From NCBI RefSeq assembly GCF_009914755.1, contig NC_060935.1: DNA of 64,000 nt; one strand, 5' to 3'. Shown here in pieces: positions 26,701-45,462 of this stretch (position 1 is its first letter; each line of letters begins with the position of its first letter). Under the pieces are notes generated by a model. It was not told where the DNA came from, ran no database searches, and was given only the letters and a program-made list of their open reading frames with translations. Position numbers and translations under genes: made by a program. The DNA is from the human T2T-CHM13v2.0 reference genome, Homo sapiens.

Positions 26701-28312
26701 GAATACACAGCCTCTCTTTTCATAAAATTCTGAAAATATGAGCAATTATATGCATCATACTCACAACTGATTGTTATGAAGCATTGACTGGTAACACTAA
26801 GTAGAGAATGATTTCCAAGTATCGAAGGATCTTTCCTTAAGGCCTGTTGAGAATCAAAGATCACAGAAATCTGTGCTTTAGTGAACATGGGGACAGAGCT
26901 ATGTTATAAGGCTGTTTTGTGCAGACAGTAGTAGTGTATATTTGAGGTCACAGTCATGGTTAAGACTACCCAAGAATGTAAACCCTATCTAATCATAAAA
27001 CAAGGGTCAACTTCTGGTTGCTCAGTAGGAAGAGGAAATTATAACTTCTGATTGGATTAATTAGAGAAGAATTTGATTAAGGCAATCTTGAGCTTAGCCT
27101 GAAGGTCAAATTAGACAGAGAAGAACTGGCAGGCTATTCATGGAGTGAAGTATAGCACAAAACAGGTTGCAGATCCAGGGTTGAAAGTGGTTGCTAGGAT
27201 AGAAAATGGACCAGTCATTTGACATGATGGACTCCTCCATTTGGACCATCAACATCAAACCTGAAAAGATGGAAATGGATAGAGAAGAATTTTAGTAAAG
27301 AATTGATGAGACATTCTGACTACTACATGATTCCCAGGAATAATATATTGAGAGCTTATCATGTATTAGTTGCTATTTCACATGCTTCATATTTCATTTA
27401 ATTCTTATAATCTAGTGAAGTATGCATATGTATTAGCCCCATTATATTAAAAATAATATTGATTAATTAATTAAAATTGATTTTAAAAACAAGGAGAGGG
27501 AAATAAAGTAAAATGACCTCAGGTTACTAGCATAGTAAGTATGATGTCTAAAATTCAGACTCAAGTAGTCTGACTCCAGTAAATGGTCTTCACTACTACC
27601 CTATATTTAAGAATAAGAATAGAGGTTAGAGGAAGTGAGGAATCGTGTAAAGAGCTTAAACTTTGGAATCATAAGGATCTTGGTTTGAATCCTTTCTCTG
27701 TCATATGAAGTCTTAGGCAAATGAAATTTTCTGAGTCTAAATATCATTTTTTAGTGAAGATAATGATACTTACATTTTAAAAATTTATATCTGTATGTAT
27801 GTAATTATATATTTAAGAGATCCTGGGTACAGTACATAGATCCCAGTAGATGGCCCAATATATCGTAGCTCTGATAGCATTAAAACATGGTTTATAGGGT
27901 GGAGAGATCATAAGTTTAAAGTTTAAGTTTTGTTTTGTTTGTGTAATTAGATTACAGCACTGGGTATGGCTAGAAAGTGCCTAGCACATGCTTGGTGCTT
28001 AATGTCTATTTAATCAGATTCTGATTTTGTGATGATAGTGGAGCATTCAAGTGGCACTGTTGATGACAGTTACAGATATAGGGCGAGCTTAGGGTAAACA
28101 TAAATGTTGAAACTGCAGCCACCTATATATTGTGCTGATTGAGTTCTCAAAAGTAGATGAGATTTGTGAGAAAGAGGTACAAAGTGGGAACACAGCACTA
28201 GTGCCTGTTAGATTGTGGGAAATAAAATGGGTCCAGAAAAGAATAATCATAGAAATAATAATTGTTTTGTTAGCCTTAAATTAAAAAAGAGATTGCATTT
28301 CACAAGGAAAAA

Positions 28313-30591
28313 TGTATTAGTCTGTTCTTACAACACACATCTTACATGGGCGGTGCAGGACGAGGGTGAGGGGCTGGTGTTGCATACTTTTAAATGACCA
28401 GATATCAGGAAAACTCACTCACTATCATGAAAACAGCACCAAAGGGGAAATCCACCCACATGATCCAATCACCTCCACCAGGCCCCATCACTAATATTGG
28501 GGATTACAATGTGAAATAAAATGTGGGCAGGGACACAGATCCAAACTATATCATTCTGCCCCAGCCCCTTCCAAATCTCATGCCCTTTTCACATTGAAAA
28601 ATGGAATCATCCCTTCTCAATAGTCCCCCAAAGTCTTAACTCACTCCAGCATTAACTCAAAAGTCCAAATTCCAGGGTCTCATCTGAGACAAGGATAGTC
28701 CTTTTCACTAATGAGCCTGTAAAATCTCAACCAAGTTAATTACTCCAAAGATACAATGGGGGTACAGGCATTGGGTAAATACTCCCATTCCAAAAAGGAG
28801 AAATTGAACAAAAGAAAGGGGTTACAGGCCCCTTGCAAGTCCAAAACCCGGCAGGGCAGTCATTAAGTTTTAAAGCTCCAAAATAATCTCTTTTGACTCC
28901 ATATCCCACATTCACTGATGCAATGGGTGAGCTTCCAAGGCCTTGGGCAGCTCCACCACTGTGGCTTTGCAGGGTTCAGCCTCTGCAGCTGTTCTCATGG
29001 GCAGACATTGAGTGCCTGTGTCTTTTCCAGGCTGAGGGTGCAAGCTGTCAGTAAAGCTACCATTCTAGGGTCTGGAGGATGATGGGCCTCTTCTCACAGC
29101 TCCATTAGGCAGTGCCTAAGTGGGGACTCTGTGTGGGGTCACCAACCCCACATTTATCCTCTGCACTGCCCTAGTAGAAGTTCTCCATGATGGTTCCATT
29201 CCTGTAGCAGGCTTCTGCCTGGACATCCAGGTTTTTCCATAAATCCTTTGAAATCTAGGTGGAGGCTTCCAAGCCTCAACTCTTGCACTCTGCAAACCCG
29301 CAGGCTTAAGACCATACAGAAACCCCCAGGGCTTATGGCTTGCACCCTCTGAAGCAGCTTCCTGAGATGTACCTGGACCTCTTTGAGCCACAGCTGGAAC
29401 TGGAGCAGCAGGGATGGAGAGATGCAGCTGGGATACAGTGTCTCCAGGCTCTGCAGTGCAGCAGGGCCCTGGGTGTGGCCCACAAAGCCATTCTTCCCTC
29501 CCAGGCTTCTTGGCCTGTGATAGGAGGGGCTGCCAGGAAGTTCTTTGAAATGCCTTCATGTCCTTTTCCCCATTGTTTTGGCTATGACCATCTGGCTCCT
29601 CTTTACTTATGTGAATTTCTGCAGCTGGCTTGAATTCCTCCCCAGAAAATGGGCTTTCCTTTTCTATGATATGGCCTACTATTTATGGACAGGTTGCAAA
29701 TTTTTCAAACTTTTATGGTCTACTTTCCTTTTAAATATAAGTTCCAGTTTTACATAACTTCTTGGCTCACACATGTGAACTTAGGTTGTTAGAAGCAGCC
29801 AAGCAACATCTTGAATGCTTTGCTGTTCAGAAATTTTTTCTTCCAGATACTCTAAATCATCACTCTCAAGTTCAAAATTCCACAGATCCTTAGGGCAGGG
29901 GCACAATACCACCAGATTCTTTGCTAATGCATAACAAAAGTTACCTTTGCTCCAGGTCCCAATAGGCTCCTGATCTCCCTCTGAGACCTCAACAGCTTGG
30001 ACTTTATTGTCCATATCACTTTAAGCATTTCAGTCACAACTATTTAACCAGTCTCTAGGAAGTTCCAAATTTTCCCTCATATTCCTGTCTTCTGAGCCCT
30101 TCAAACTCTTCCAACTTCTGACCATTACCCAGTTCCAAAGCAGCTTTCACATTTTCAGGTATCTTTATAGTAATGTCTCACTCCTCTGTACCAATTTTCC
30201 TTATTAGTTTTTTCTCACATTTCTATAAAGAACCACCTGAGACTGGGTAATTTATAAAGAAAAGAGGTTTAATTGGCTCATTGTTCTGCAGACTGTACAT
30301 GAAGTATACCAACTTCTGCTTCGGTGGAGGCCTCAGGAAATTTACAATCGTGGTGGAAGGCAATGGGGAAGCAGGCATGTTTTACATGGCTGGAGCAGAA
30401 GGAAGAGAGTTGGGTAGGTGCCACAAACTTTTAAACAACCATATCTCACAAGAACTCACTATCATGAAAACAGCACCAAGAGGGAGATCCACCCCCATGA
30501 CCCAATCATATCCTACCAGGCCCTGCTGCCAACATTGGGGATTATAATTCAACATGAAATGTGAGTGAGGACACAGATCTAAGCCATATCA
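28313..30591 (-). mobile_element. MST (MSTA-like) MaLR provirus: LTR-internal-LTR
   Basis: LTRs at 28313-28553 (internally deleted) and ~30200-30591, both ending gacacagat(c/t)...tatca; ~1.65-kb MaLR internal region; TSD aaaaa / ataaa; internal ORF remnant (MDNKVQA...WNFELE) homologous to the THE1 internal remnant at 3510-3758. Confidence 0.9.
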
Positions 30592-30911
30592 ATAAATATG
30601 CTAATAGAATTATGGCTTACCTAAATATGAAGTGTCATGGAAAAAAGATAGCTAGAGATGATATATTTGTCACAGACAATCCACAATGTGTGTATTCACA
30701 TGTGGATACTATTTTTAATTGTATTTTTAAATAAAAACATTGCCTTCCTCTTCTGAAAATTATTGGTAAATTAGAAATATCATGATATCATTCCTGTTAT
30801 TCCATACATACTATTGTATATATATCTCAAATGGCCTTTTCCATATCCATTGGTGTCTCTTTTTCAGACAAGAGAAAAGAAAAATATGCTTTCCCACAGA
30901 GAGCTTAAGAT

Positions 30912-31010
30912 CACAAATCACCACTAAACACTTAACTCATGTAACAAAACACCACCTGTTCCCCAATAAGCTTTGGAAATAAATGAAAAATAAACATAAA
31001 TAAAAATATC
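30912..31010 (+). mobile_element. L1PB/L1MA extreme 3' end with A-rich tail
   Basis: aaatcaccactaaacacttaactcatgtaacaaaacaccacctgttcccca...aaataaa. Confidence 0.7.
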
Positions 31011-31899
31011 AAAAAAGACTACCTTGTCTTTTCGATTTCTAATTTCTATTCCATTTTTCTCAAAGTAGTCTTACTGATTTTTCAACAACCCAACATTTGT
31101 TTAGCACCTACTAGATGGAAGGCACTGTGTTAGTGCTTGAGGATTACAAAAATAAATTTTAAAATTATCACTGTCTTTAAGGCCTATATATTCCAGTGAT
31201 GACAAAGGTATTTATACAGAAACTATGTTTTTGTGGGGATACAAATAACCACAAAACAAGATTTAATATTTATAGCAGGTGAAAAAAAACATCTTCAAAG
31301 GAGCTGAAGATGCTTAGCTGAGCAATGAAAATATGTAGAATCTGGACAGGTAGAAATGAGAAGTGAGAAAACAAAAATGTTTGCCTGAAAAACTGACTAA
31401 TTATAATGAACTAAATTTTAAGATTTAATTTTCCTTGTTTGCACGAGGCTAATGTATAATTTTGATGTATTGCTTTAACAAATATTGTAGAACTTGCATC
31501 TTTTCTCCTTATTTTGATTTGAAACATTTTTGACTTAGCCATACTGAGCACTCTAGCTTATGCAAATCTTTTAAAACTAGTTGTAATTTTCCATAATCAT
31601 CCTACTGTTTCAAATATACCTATTCAGGTGAAATTCCAAAGTTCATGCAAGTATGCGGAATAAATTATTTCTGATCAACCTAATCTGTCACATTCTCAAA
31701 AGGTCGGAACAGATTCCTTTATGGTAAATCCATTGACACATGAATCTAATCTAAATAAGATGAAAGAACTAATTTATATAGTAGCAGTTTACTTATGATG
31801 TTTTCAGGATTTGTTACAAAAATTATCTGTTAAATAAATTAAATAATTTAAGGTTTTATTGGATGACTAATACCCTGTAGGAATAAAGCAGTTCAACAA

Positions 31900-32100
31900 T
31901 CCCCATTTTTCTGACCTCCCTCATCTGCATTCTGAAGGTCACTATTAACATACTGTCTTCAGCTCTCTGATGTCCTAGATATTCACAAAGCATACCACAA
32001 CCTCTTCTGCCAAACATGATCAAAGCTTTGAAGTCAATGAAAGAGTTTTAGAGCAAAACTTCCAAAAGCATCACAGACATTTTTTAGGATTTGTTACAAA
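31900..32100 (-). mobile_element. Ancient non-L1 LINE reverse-transcriptase fossil (RTE/L4-like), copy 1
   Basis: Minus-strand translation with frameshifts gives QILKKC...FIDFKA(F)DHVWQKRLWYAL, similar to the FIDFxKAFDxV motif of non-LTR RTs. Confidence 0.5.
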
Positions 32101-32381
32101 GGGACTATAGAGAGGAAATATAGCTCACTGTGCATAATTTGCTATATTCTAGCCAAAGCTTCTGTATGGAATATCAACTTATTATTATAACTGTTACTTG
32201 AGAGGAAAGATTAGCAATAATTTTCATCCATGCCTTACATTATTCTTATAATTTTTTATAACATGTGCTGCCAAGAGGAAGAATTCTTACTGGATAAGAG
32301 ACTGAGGCTCTACTTCATGAGACAGAGAAAGAGAAAGAGAGAGAGAGAGAAAAAAAAAAAAACTCCCCTTGAGACAATTAT

Positions 32382-33102
<721 letters not shown>

Positions 33103-33684
33103 GTTATACTTAAATAATACTAATAAAATTTACTGAGTAGTAATGATGTATCAGATATTGAGCTAAACAGCTTATCTCATACTTCAAACTTGAAGGCATC
33201 CTCATATAATAAAAAGATCTGACGTTTATAGTAATGAAAGTTTGAACTCAAAACTTGACTCTTAAATATCTGGGTATCTTGAATAAGTTGCATATCCTCT
33301 TTCAGTCTCCTCTTATCTTTGAATGAGGGACAATAATATCTAACAAATACTATGAATCTAAAACCTCCTGTATAGCACATAACACTTAATAGGGTCCTCA
33401 ATAAATTCAAAACCTAAAAGTAGCAAAGAAATTTTATCCACGCTTTGAATAATATTGCCCTGATATTTATCACTACCTAGCCCTAGTTTCCCCAATAAAT
33501 TCAATTAGTCAGAAAACGGACTACAGATGACTTTTCATATACACAAATCTAGCATTGGGGACATATTGGCATTGAATCAACAGACAGAAATTATTAATAC
33601 ACGGCCTTGGTTATAGGTGACTAAGTCAGTTGACCTTCTGTTTGGATTCCCATGGTAGCTTTACATATATAAGTTAATTTATTC

Positions 33685-33840
33685 CTCCCTATTTTCCTGA
33701 CCTCCCTCATCTGTAGTTTGAAGACCACTGGTATTGTCTTCAGCTACTCTGATGTCCTAAACATTCACAAGGCACACCGCAACCTTTTCTGCCAAACATG
33801 ATCAAAGCTTTGAAGTCAATAAAAGTTTTTATAGACATTT
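33685..33840 (-). repeat. Second, diverged copy of the RT-fossil segment at 31900-32050
   Basis: Shares ctgacctccctcatctg, tgtcttcagct, ctgatgtccta and ttctgccaaacatgatcaaagctttgaagtcaat with copy 1. Confidence 0.85.
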
Positions 33841-34029
33841 CCTGACAGTTATCCTATGATGAGCAGTTAATGGGTTGTGGCTTCTGTACAATTACTGCTA
33901 ACAATTATCAGTATGCCTGAATATGTTTGCTTTTGATCTGGATTCTTTCTGAATATGTTTACAGTCTCTCAAAAATGTTGTGTAGTGCTCTATGTTCAAA
34001 AATGTTGTATATCAGTCCTTAGATAGAGT

Positions 34030-34975
34030 TTTACCTTTTTTCCAGTTGCTTTTTGCTGGTGTGCAAAATGCAAATTGATATGTATATGCTAAATTTAATG
34101 CAAATTGTTATTTGAATGCTAAAATTTCTGAATTCATTTGCTAATTCTTACAGTTTATCAATAGATTCTTTTGGATTTTTCACATCTATAATCATGTTAT
34201 CCAGGACAAATAATGAGTTATTTCTTCCTTTCCAAAACTTGGGCCATTTCTTGCTGGCTAGAATCTTCAGTACAATGTTAAATAGAAGAGTTATGACAGT
34301 GAGCACCCTGTATTTCACCTGATCTTATGGTGTAAATATCAAATATTTTACCATTAATCAGAAAGTGTATAATAAGAGTTTTGTAGATGTTCTTTAATAA
34401 ATTAAATATATTTATTTCTATGTTTACTATGCTAACACTTTAATGTGAATGGATGATGAGTGGTGCCAAATGCTTTTTTCCTGCAGCTGTTGAGATAATC
34501 ATATAATTTCTCCTTTCTTTCCTTAATATACTGGATTATATTGATTTCTGAATGTTGAAACAACCTGAAATAAAATCACCATTATCTAACTTGATTCAGT
34601 AATCAGCTAATATTATTTAGGATTTTTTGCATCTATGGTTGTGAGAGCTATTAACCTGTAACATTCCTTTCTTCTAACATCCTTGTCAGATTTTGTTGTC
34701 AAGATTGTACTACCCAGGAAATTTTAAAATATGTCTTTTTTTCCATTCTCCAACAGATCTTAGGTGAGGTTGGTGTTATTTTTATCTTAAATGTTTGGAA
34801 TAATTTATTACTAAACTCATCTGCCCCTGGAATTTCCTATGTGGAAAAGTTTTTATTTTCAGGCATATTTCTTCACTAGACATAGGACTATTCAATTTGT
34901 ATAATGCTGCTTGTGTATGTGTTTATAAATTTAATTTTGAAGTAACTTTACTGGTATATCAAAATTTTACAATTT
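34030..34975 (-). mobile_element. Ancient L1M(E) ORF2 fragment
   Basis: ttcagtacaatgttaaatagaag...aaatgcttttttcctgcagctgttgagataatcata...ggattttttgcatctatg. Confidence 0.7.
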
Positions 34976-34976
34976 A

Positions 34977-35120
34977 TCTACTTACTTATTTTTAATTTTT
35001 TCCAGATATAGGGTGTCACTGTGATGCTCACGCTGGTCTAGAATTCCTGGCCTTAACTGACCCTCCTATCTGGGACTTCCAAAGCTTTGGGATTACACAT
35101 ATAACTCACTATGCCAGGCC
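34977..35120 (-). mobile_element. FLAM monomer
   Basis: Antisense Alu monomer ending ctcactatgccaggcc; TSD aaaattttacaattta (34961-34976) / aaacttttataattta (35121-35136). Confidence 0.8.
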
Positions 35121-35415
35121 AAACTTTTATAATTTAATGACATCATTTTGTTTTGTTTTGTTTTTTTCTTTCATTTTTATTATTTACTAGTTTCTTTTTT
35201 TTCTGTTTTTATTATACTTTAAGTTTTAGGGTACATGTGCACAACGTGCAGGTTTGTTACATATATAAACATGTGCCATGTTGGTTTGCTGCACCCATTA
35301 ACTTGATATTTAACATTAGGTATATCTCCTAATGCTATCCTTCCCCCCTGCCCCCAACCCATGACAGGCCCCGGTGTGTGATGTTCCCCTTCCTGTGTCC
35401 ATGTGTTCTCATTGT

Positions 35416-39241
<3,826 letters not shown>

Positions 39242-39304
39242 TATGATGTTAGCTGATTATTTTGCTTGTTAATTGTTGCAATTTCATCCTAGCATCAATG
39301 ATCT

Positions 39305-40332
39305 TTATAATTTGGCATGTTTTTGCAGTGGCTGGTAGAAGTTTTTCCTTTCCATGTTTAGTGCCTCCTTCAAGAGCTCTTTTAGGGCAGGCCTGGTAGT
39401 GACAAAATCTCTCAGCATTTGCTTGTCTGTAAAGGATTTTATTTCTCCTTCACTTATGAAGCTTAGTTTGGCTGGATATGAAATTCTGGGTTGAAAATTC
39501 TTTTCTTTAAGAATGTTGAATATTGGCCCCCACTCTCTTCTGGCTTGTAGAGTTTCTGCTGAGAGATCAGCTGTTAGTCTGATGGGCTTCCCTTTGTGGG
39601 TAACCTGACCTTTCTCTCTGGCTGCCCTTAACATTTTTTCCTTCATTTCAACTTTGGTGAATCTGACAATTATGTGTCTTGGAGTTGCTGTTCTCAGTGA
39701 GTATCTTTGTGGCATTGTCTGTATTTCCTGAATTTGAATGTTGGCCTGCCTTTCTAGATTGGGGAAGTTCTCCTGGATAATATCCTGCAGAGTGTTTTCC
39801 AACTTGGTTCCATTCTCCCTGTCACTTTCAGGTCCACCAATCAGACGTAGCTTTGGTCTTTTCACAGTCCCATATTTCTTGGAGGCTTTGTTCATTTCTT
39901 TTTATTCTTTTTTCTCTAAACTTCTCTTCTTGCTTCATTTCATTCATTTGATCTTCCATCACTGATACCCTTTCTTCCAGTTGATTGAATCGGCTAATGA
40001 GGCTTGTGCATTTGTCATGTAGTTCTTGTGCCTCGGTTTTCAGCTCTGTCAGGTAGTTAAAGGACTTCTCTGTATTGGTTATTCTAGTTAGCCATTCATT
40101 TAATCTTTTTCCAAGGTTTTTAACTTCTTTGCCATGGGTTCAAACTTCCTCCTTTAGCATGAAGTAGTTTGATTGTCTGAAGCCTTCTTCTCTCAACTTG
40201 TCAAAGTTATTCTCCATCCAGCTTTGTTCCGTTGCTGGTGAGGAGCTGCATTCCTTTGGAGGAGGAGAGGCACTCTGAGTTTTAGAATTTTCAGTTTCTT
40301 TGCTCTGTTTTTTCGCTTTGTTTTTTCCCCAT
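39305..40332 (-). pseudogene. L1 ORF1p, disrupted
   Basis: 196-aa C-terminal ORF (ENTLQDIIQENFPNL...ARREW...YPAKLSF); ATG retained at 40332; upstream part frameshifted. Confidence 0.9.
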
Positions 40333-41384
40333 CTTTGTGGTTTTATCTACCTTTGGTCTTTGATGATGGTGATGTACAGATGGGGTTTTGGTGTGGATGT
40401 CCTTTCTGTTTGTTAGTTTTCCTTCTAACAGTCAGGACCCTCAGCTGCAGGTCTGTTGGAGTTTGCTGGAGGTCCACTCCAGACCCTGTTTGCCTGGGTA
40501 TCAGCAGCAGAGGCTGCAGAACAGCAGATATTGGTGAACAACAAATGTTGCTGCCTGATCATTCCTCTGGAAGTTTTGTCTCAGAGGAGTACCCGGCCGT
40601 GTGAGGTGTCAGTCTGCCCCTACTGGGGAGTGCCTCCCAGTTAGGCTACTCAGGGGTCAGGGACACACTTGAGGAGTCTGTCCGTTCTCTGATCTCAAGG
40701 TGCATGCTGGGAGAACCACTACTCTCTTCAAAGCTGTCAGACAGGGTCATTTAAGTCTGCAGAAGTTTCTGCTGCCTTTTGTTTGGCTATGCCCTGCCCC
40801 CAGAGGTGGAGTCTACAGAGGCAGGCAGGCCTCCTTGAGCTGTGGTGGGCTCCACCCAGTTGGAGTGCCCTGGCCGCTTTGTTTATCTACTCAAGCCTGG
40901 GCAATGGCAGGCACCCCTCCCCCAGCCTCGCTGCCGCCTTGCAGTTTGATCTCAGACTGCTGTGCTAGCAATGAGTGAGGCTCCGTGGGTGTCAGAGCCT
41001 CTGAGCCAGGCACAGGATATAATCTCCTGATGCTAAGGATATAATCTCCGTTTGCTAAGACCATCGGAAAAGTGCAGTATTAGGGTGGGAGTGACCCGAT
41101 ATTCCAGGTGCCGTCTGTCACCCCTTTCCTTGGCTAGGAAAGGGAATTCCCTCACCCCTTTTACTTCCCGGGTGAGGTGATGCCTCACCCTGCTTCAGCT
41201 CAGGCTCAGTGCACTGCACCCACTGTCCTGCACCCACTGTCTGACAATCCCCAGTGAGATGCACCTGGTAGCTCAGTTGTAAATGCAGAAATCATTCGTC
41301 TTCTGCATTGCTCACACTGGGAGCTGTAGACTAGAGCTGTTCCTATTTGGCCATCTTGGCTCTACCCTTATTTTCTAGTTTCTA

Positions 41385-41640
41385 AAGAGAGTTTATTCCA
41401 AGCAGAAAGGTTGAGATGGTCCCACATGGGAAGCACAGATTCCTAAGAATGAAAATCAGTGTTCCAAAGTGTAGAGGTGTGGGGTTACTTATATAGAGAA
41501 TGTTTAGAAAATCTTACCAGAATTTCAACATGTTTCTAAGTAAAGATTAATGCTTAGTTACAATGATCTGATTAGTAGAAGAGATCATTTTTTTTGAGGG
41601 ATGGTATATTTAACATTTCATACGGAAGATGTAACTGTCA
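41385..41640. mobile_element. Probable ERV1-type LTR fragment (family not resolved)
   Basis: gagagtttattccaagc...gttacttatatagag...ttacaatgatctgattag resembles MER31/MER67-type LTR ends, from memory only. Confidence 0.35.
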
Positions 41641-44600
41641 CAGGGTTTAAGGGACAGAAATGCAGGAATCTTACATGAATACATTGCATAGTGGTGAAGT
41701 TTGCTTTTACTGTACCCATCACCCCAACAGATAGTTTTCAAATCCTCATCCCCATCCCACTCTCCCACCTTTGGTAGTCTCCAATGTCTATTATCCACTC
41801 TGTATGGCCATGTGTACCCAGTGCTCGGCTCCCACTTGTAAGGGAGAACATGTGGTATTTGACTTTCTGAATTATTTCACTAAGGATAATGACCTCCAGT
41901 TCCACCCATGTTGTTGCTAAAAACATGATTTCATTCTTTTTTATGGCTGAGTAGTATTCCATGGTGTGTGTATATCATATGTATTTATGTCACATGTATA
42001 TATCACTATATTTCATATATATACATATACATATACACACCACATTTTCTTTATCCAGTCCTCTGTTGATAGCTACTTAAGTTGATTCCTTATCTTTGCT
42101 ACTGTAAATAGTGCTGTGATAAACAAGGTGCAGGTATCTTTTTTATATAATGATTTATTTCTCTTTGGGTATATACCCAGAGGTTAAATTGCCGGATCAA
42201 ATGGTAGTTATATTTTCTGTTATTTGAAAAATCTCCATTCTGTTTTCCATAAATGTTTCACTAATTTGCATTCCCACCAGTAGTGTATAAGTGTTCCCTT
42301 TTCTCCACATCGTTGCCAACATCTTTTGTTTTTAGACTTTTTAATGATAGCAATTCTGACTAGTATAAGATGGTATCTCATTGTGGTCTCTGATGATTAG
42401 TGATGCTAAGGATTTGTCAATATGTTTTTTGGCAGCTTATATGTCTTCTTTTGAAAAAATGTTCACATCTTTTGCTTACTTTTTAATAGAGTTTTTTGTT
42501 TATCTCTTGTTGATTTGTTTGAGATCCTCGTAAATTCTAGATATTAGCCCTTTGTCAGATGCATAGTTTGGAAGTTTCTTCCCATTTGTCTGTTTACTCT
42601 GTTGATTCTTTTTGCTTTGGAGAAGGTTTTTGTTTAATTAAATCCCATTTGTTTATTTTTGTTTTGTTGTGTTTGCTTTTGAGGACTTACTCATAAATTC
42701 TTTTCCTAGGCAAATGTCAAAAAGCGTTTTTCCTAGGTTTTCTTCTAGAATTTTATATCTTCAAGTTATACATTTAGCTCTTTAATCCATCTTGGCTTAA
42801 CTCTTGTATATGGTGAGAGATATGGGTCCAGTTTCATTTTTCTCCACATGGCTTCTAATTTTCCCAGCATCACTTATTGAATAGGGTATCCTTTCCCCAG
42901 TGTATATTTTTGTTGAGTTTGTTGAAGATCAATTTGCTGTAGGCATGTGGCTTTATTTCTGCATTCTCTATATGGTTCCATTGGTCTCTGTGTCTATTTT
43001 TATACCAGTACCATGATTTTTTGCTTACGATATCCTTGTAGTATAATTTGAAGTCAGATAGTGTGTTGCCTCAAGTTTTGTTCTTTTTGCTTAAGATTGC
43101 TTTGGTTATTCAGGCTTTTTTAAAATTCCATATGAATTTTAGTATTGTTCTTACTGATTCTGTGAAAAATGACCTTGGTAATTTGATAGGAACTGCATTG
43201 AATCTGTAGGTTGCTTCAGGCAGTATGGTCATTATAACACTATTCACTCTTCCCGTCCATGAGCATGGAATGTTTTTCCATTTGTTTGCGTCATGCAAGA
43301 TTACTTTCATCAGTGTTTCGTAGTTCACCTTATACAAACCTTTCACTGCCTTGGTTAAATATATTCTTAGGTATTTTTTTGTAGCTATTGTGAACAGGTT
43401 ACCTTCTTGATTTGGCTCCTGGCTAGATCATTATTGTTATATTGAAATGCTACTAATTTCTGTACATTAATTTTATATCCTGAAACTTTACTAAATTTAT
43501 TTCTCAAATTTTTGAGTTTTTTGGTTGAGTCTTTAGGGTTTTCTACATGTAAGATCATATAATCAATGAGAATAGATAATTTGACTAACTTTGTTCCAAA
43601 CCGGATGCTTTTTATCTTTTTCCTTTTCTTTATTGCTCTAGTAAGGACTTCCAGTACTGTACTGTATAACAGTGGTGAAAGTGGACAACCTTGTCTTGTT
43701 CCACTTTTTGGAATGCTTTCAACTTTTCCCTGCAAGTATGATGTGGCCATGGGTCTGTCCTAAACAGCCTTTATTATGTTGAGATATGTTCCATTTATGC
43801 CTAAGTTGCTGAGAATTTTTATCATGAAAGGATGCTGAATTATATTGAAACTTTTTTCTATTTCCATTGAAATGATCCTAAGTATTTTGTCCTTAATTCT
43901 ATGTGATGCATCACATTTATTGATTGAATGGATGGTTTGTTTATTCATTGAAGGATGGTTGAACCATCCTTGCATCCTTGGGACAAATCTCACCTGATCA
44001 TGATGTATTATCTGTTTGATGTGCTGTTGGATTTTACTTGCTAGTATTTTATTGAGGGTTTTTGTATCTATGTTCACTAGGGATATTGGTCTGTAGTATT
44101 GTTTCCTTGTTGTGTCCTTGTCTGGTTTGGGTATCATTGTGGTACTGGACTTGTACAATGGTGAGGGAGAATTTCACTTTCCTTGATTTTTTGGAATAGT
44201 TTCAGGAGGACTGATATTCATTGTATGTCTGGTAGAATTTGGCTGTGAATCCATCTGGTATTGGGCTTTATTTTGGTTGGGAAATGTTCAACTCATCACT
44301 CATTACTGGTCTATTCAGGAGTTCTATTTCTTCCTAGTTCAATATCAGGCAGTTATGTGTTTCCAGGAATTTATCCATTTCCTCTAAGTTTTGTTGTTTG
44401 TGAGACTATAGTTGTTCATATTGTATCTGATGATCTTTTGTATTTTTGTGGTATCAGTTGTAATGTCTACTTCTTCATTTCTGGTTGTATTTATTTGGCT
44501 CTTCTTTCCTTGGTTAGTTTAGCTAGTAGTTTATTAACTTTTTTATCTTTTCAAAGACTCAACTGCTCATTTCATTGATTCTTTGTATTCTTTAAATCTG

Positions 44601-45462
44601 AATTTCATTTCATTCTGCTCTGATCTTTGTTATTTCCTTTTTTCTGCTAACTTTGGGTTTGGTTTGTTCTTTTTTTAGTTTCTTGAGGTGCAATTTAAGT
44701 TATTAACTTGTGATCTTTCTACTTTTTTGATGTAGGCTTTTAATGCTATAAACTTTCCTCTTAGCACTGCTTTTGCTGTATCCCACAGGTTTTGGTATGT
44801 TGTGTTTCCATTTTCATTTACTTCAAAAAATTTTTAAATTTCCAACTATACCTCTTCATTGACACAGTGATCATTCAGGCATGCCGTTTAATTTCCATGT
44901 ACGTGTACATTTACCAGACTGCGTTGGCATTGATTTCTGACTTTATTCCAGTGTAATCTGAGTAAGTACTTGATATGATTTTGATTTTTTACAATCTGTT
45001 AATACTTATTTTTGGCCTAATATTTGGTCTATCTTAGAGAATATTCCATGCGATTGTGAAAATAATGCATATTCTCTATTTATTAGGTAGAATGTTTTAT
45101 AAATGTCTATTAAGTCAATTTGTTCTGAAGTCCAATTTAAGGCCAATGTTTCTTTGTTAAGTTTCTACCTCAATGATCTGTCTAGTGCTGTTAGTGGGAT
45201 ATTAAAACTCTCTACTGTTATTGCATTGCTGTCTGTCTCTTTCTTTTGGTCTAGTAATATTTGTTTGGTAAATATAGGTGCTCCAATGTTGTATGCATAT
45301 ATACTTAGGATCGTTATATCCTCTTGCTGAATTGATCCCTTTATCATTACATAATGGCCTCCTTCATCTTCTTTCTTTACTGTTTTTGATTTAAAGTCTG
45401 CTTTATCTGATATAAGCATAGCTACTCCTACTCACTTTTGGTTGGTTTGTGTAGAATATCTT

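Noticed and set aside
29116-30014. ORFs of 77-147 aa in the MST internal region
   Set aside because: Broken remnants of the MaLR internal ORF; their similarity to 3510-3758 reflects family homology, not a local duplication.
41960-42040. TA/CA-rich tract in the L1PB 3' region
   Set aside because: Microsatellite expansion at this L1 position is commonplace.
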